Source: Pecten maximus (lineage: Eukaryota). Taken from it: 64,000 nucleotides of DNA. Position numbers and translations under genes: made by a program. Positions 63,563 to 64,000 of the stretch are shown here, one piece after another; position 1 is the first letter of the stretch; each line of letters starts with the position of its first letter. The notes below the pieces were generated by a model, which was not told the origin of the DNA, ran no database searches, and saw nothing but the letters and a program-made list of their open reading frames with translations. The stretch is from positions 44,392,001 to 44,456,000 of the forward strand of contig NC_047015.1 of assembly GCF_902652985.1 (NCBI RefSeq), read 5' to 3'.

Positions 63563-64000
63563 TGAACGTCTAGTAAAGAATTCCTGTTATCAATTTTTTT
63601 AACTAGAAGTGTAAGTACTTACTACAGAGTCAAACCTGTGTAAATATCACTGGTTATTTATCTTAAAGTACATACAACGTAATAGATGCAATACTGACAG
63701 TGTACTATATACTACTTACTACACATGAATACAAGCTGACTAGACACGTGTCTCACGCTCACGCTATCTGCTAGTTATAATCTGATACTACAAATGGATA
63801 CATAGTAAAAGAATGAGCTAACAAGAAAACAGAGAATTTCTGTATACCAAATATGCATGTCGTCATGGAAATGTGAGGAAATCAATATATATTTTTATCT
63901 ATGTGATAGTAGCACTTTAAAATTGATTTAAGAAGCACATTTTCTCGTCCATAACACAGGATGGTTCTTATCATTAGGTCTATGACATCATAAAACACAT

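Overview
AT-rich eukaryotic (metazoan) genomic DNA. The repeat families suggest a bivalve mollusc, possibly a scallop; this is inference from SINE and Helentron-type architecture. No prokaryotic operons, rRNA, true tRNA or CRISPR array. The only host gene I can support is the 5' end of a minus-strand TPR-domain gene resembling the ZC3H7 N-terminus. It has three coding exons (4422-4307, a 28-nt micro-exon 3385-3358, and 3012-2812) and runs off the left edge. The rest is non-coding. About 13-14 kb is minisatellite (units of 20-69 bp). Mobile elements include three Helentron-associated HINE/pearl-type elements, tRNA-derived V- and Meta-type SINEs (one young, with an 11-bp TSD), decayed CR1/L2-type LINE fragments and a decayed Penelope-like (Naiad-type) RT. 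A decayed PIF/Harbinger-ISL2EU-type DNA transposon (DDE_Tnp_4-like plus SWIM finger) splits a LINE and itself carries a nested HINE. Most long ORFs in the supplied track are by-products of tandem repeats. I found no clearly new biological system. The best leads are the nested TE stack and its transposase lineage, minisatellites that multiply single TF motifs, and a 71-nt ungapped palindrome.
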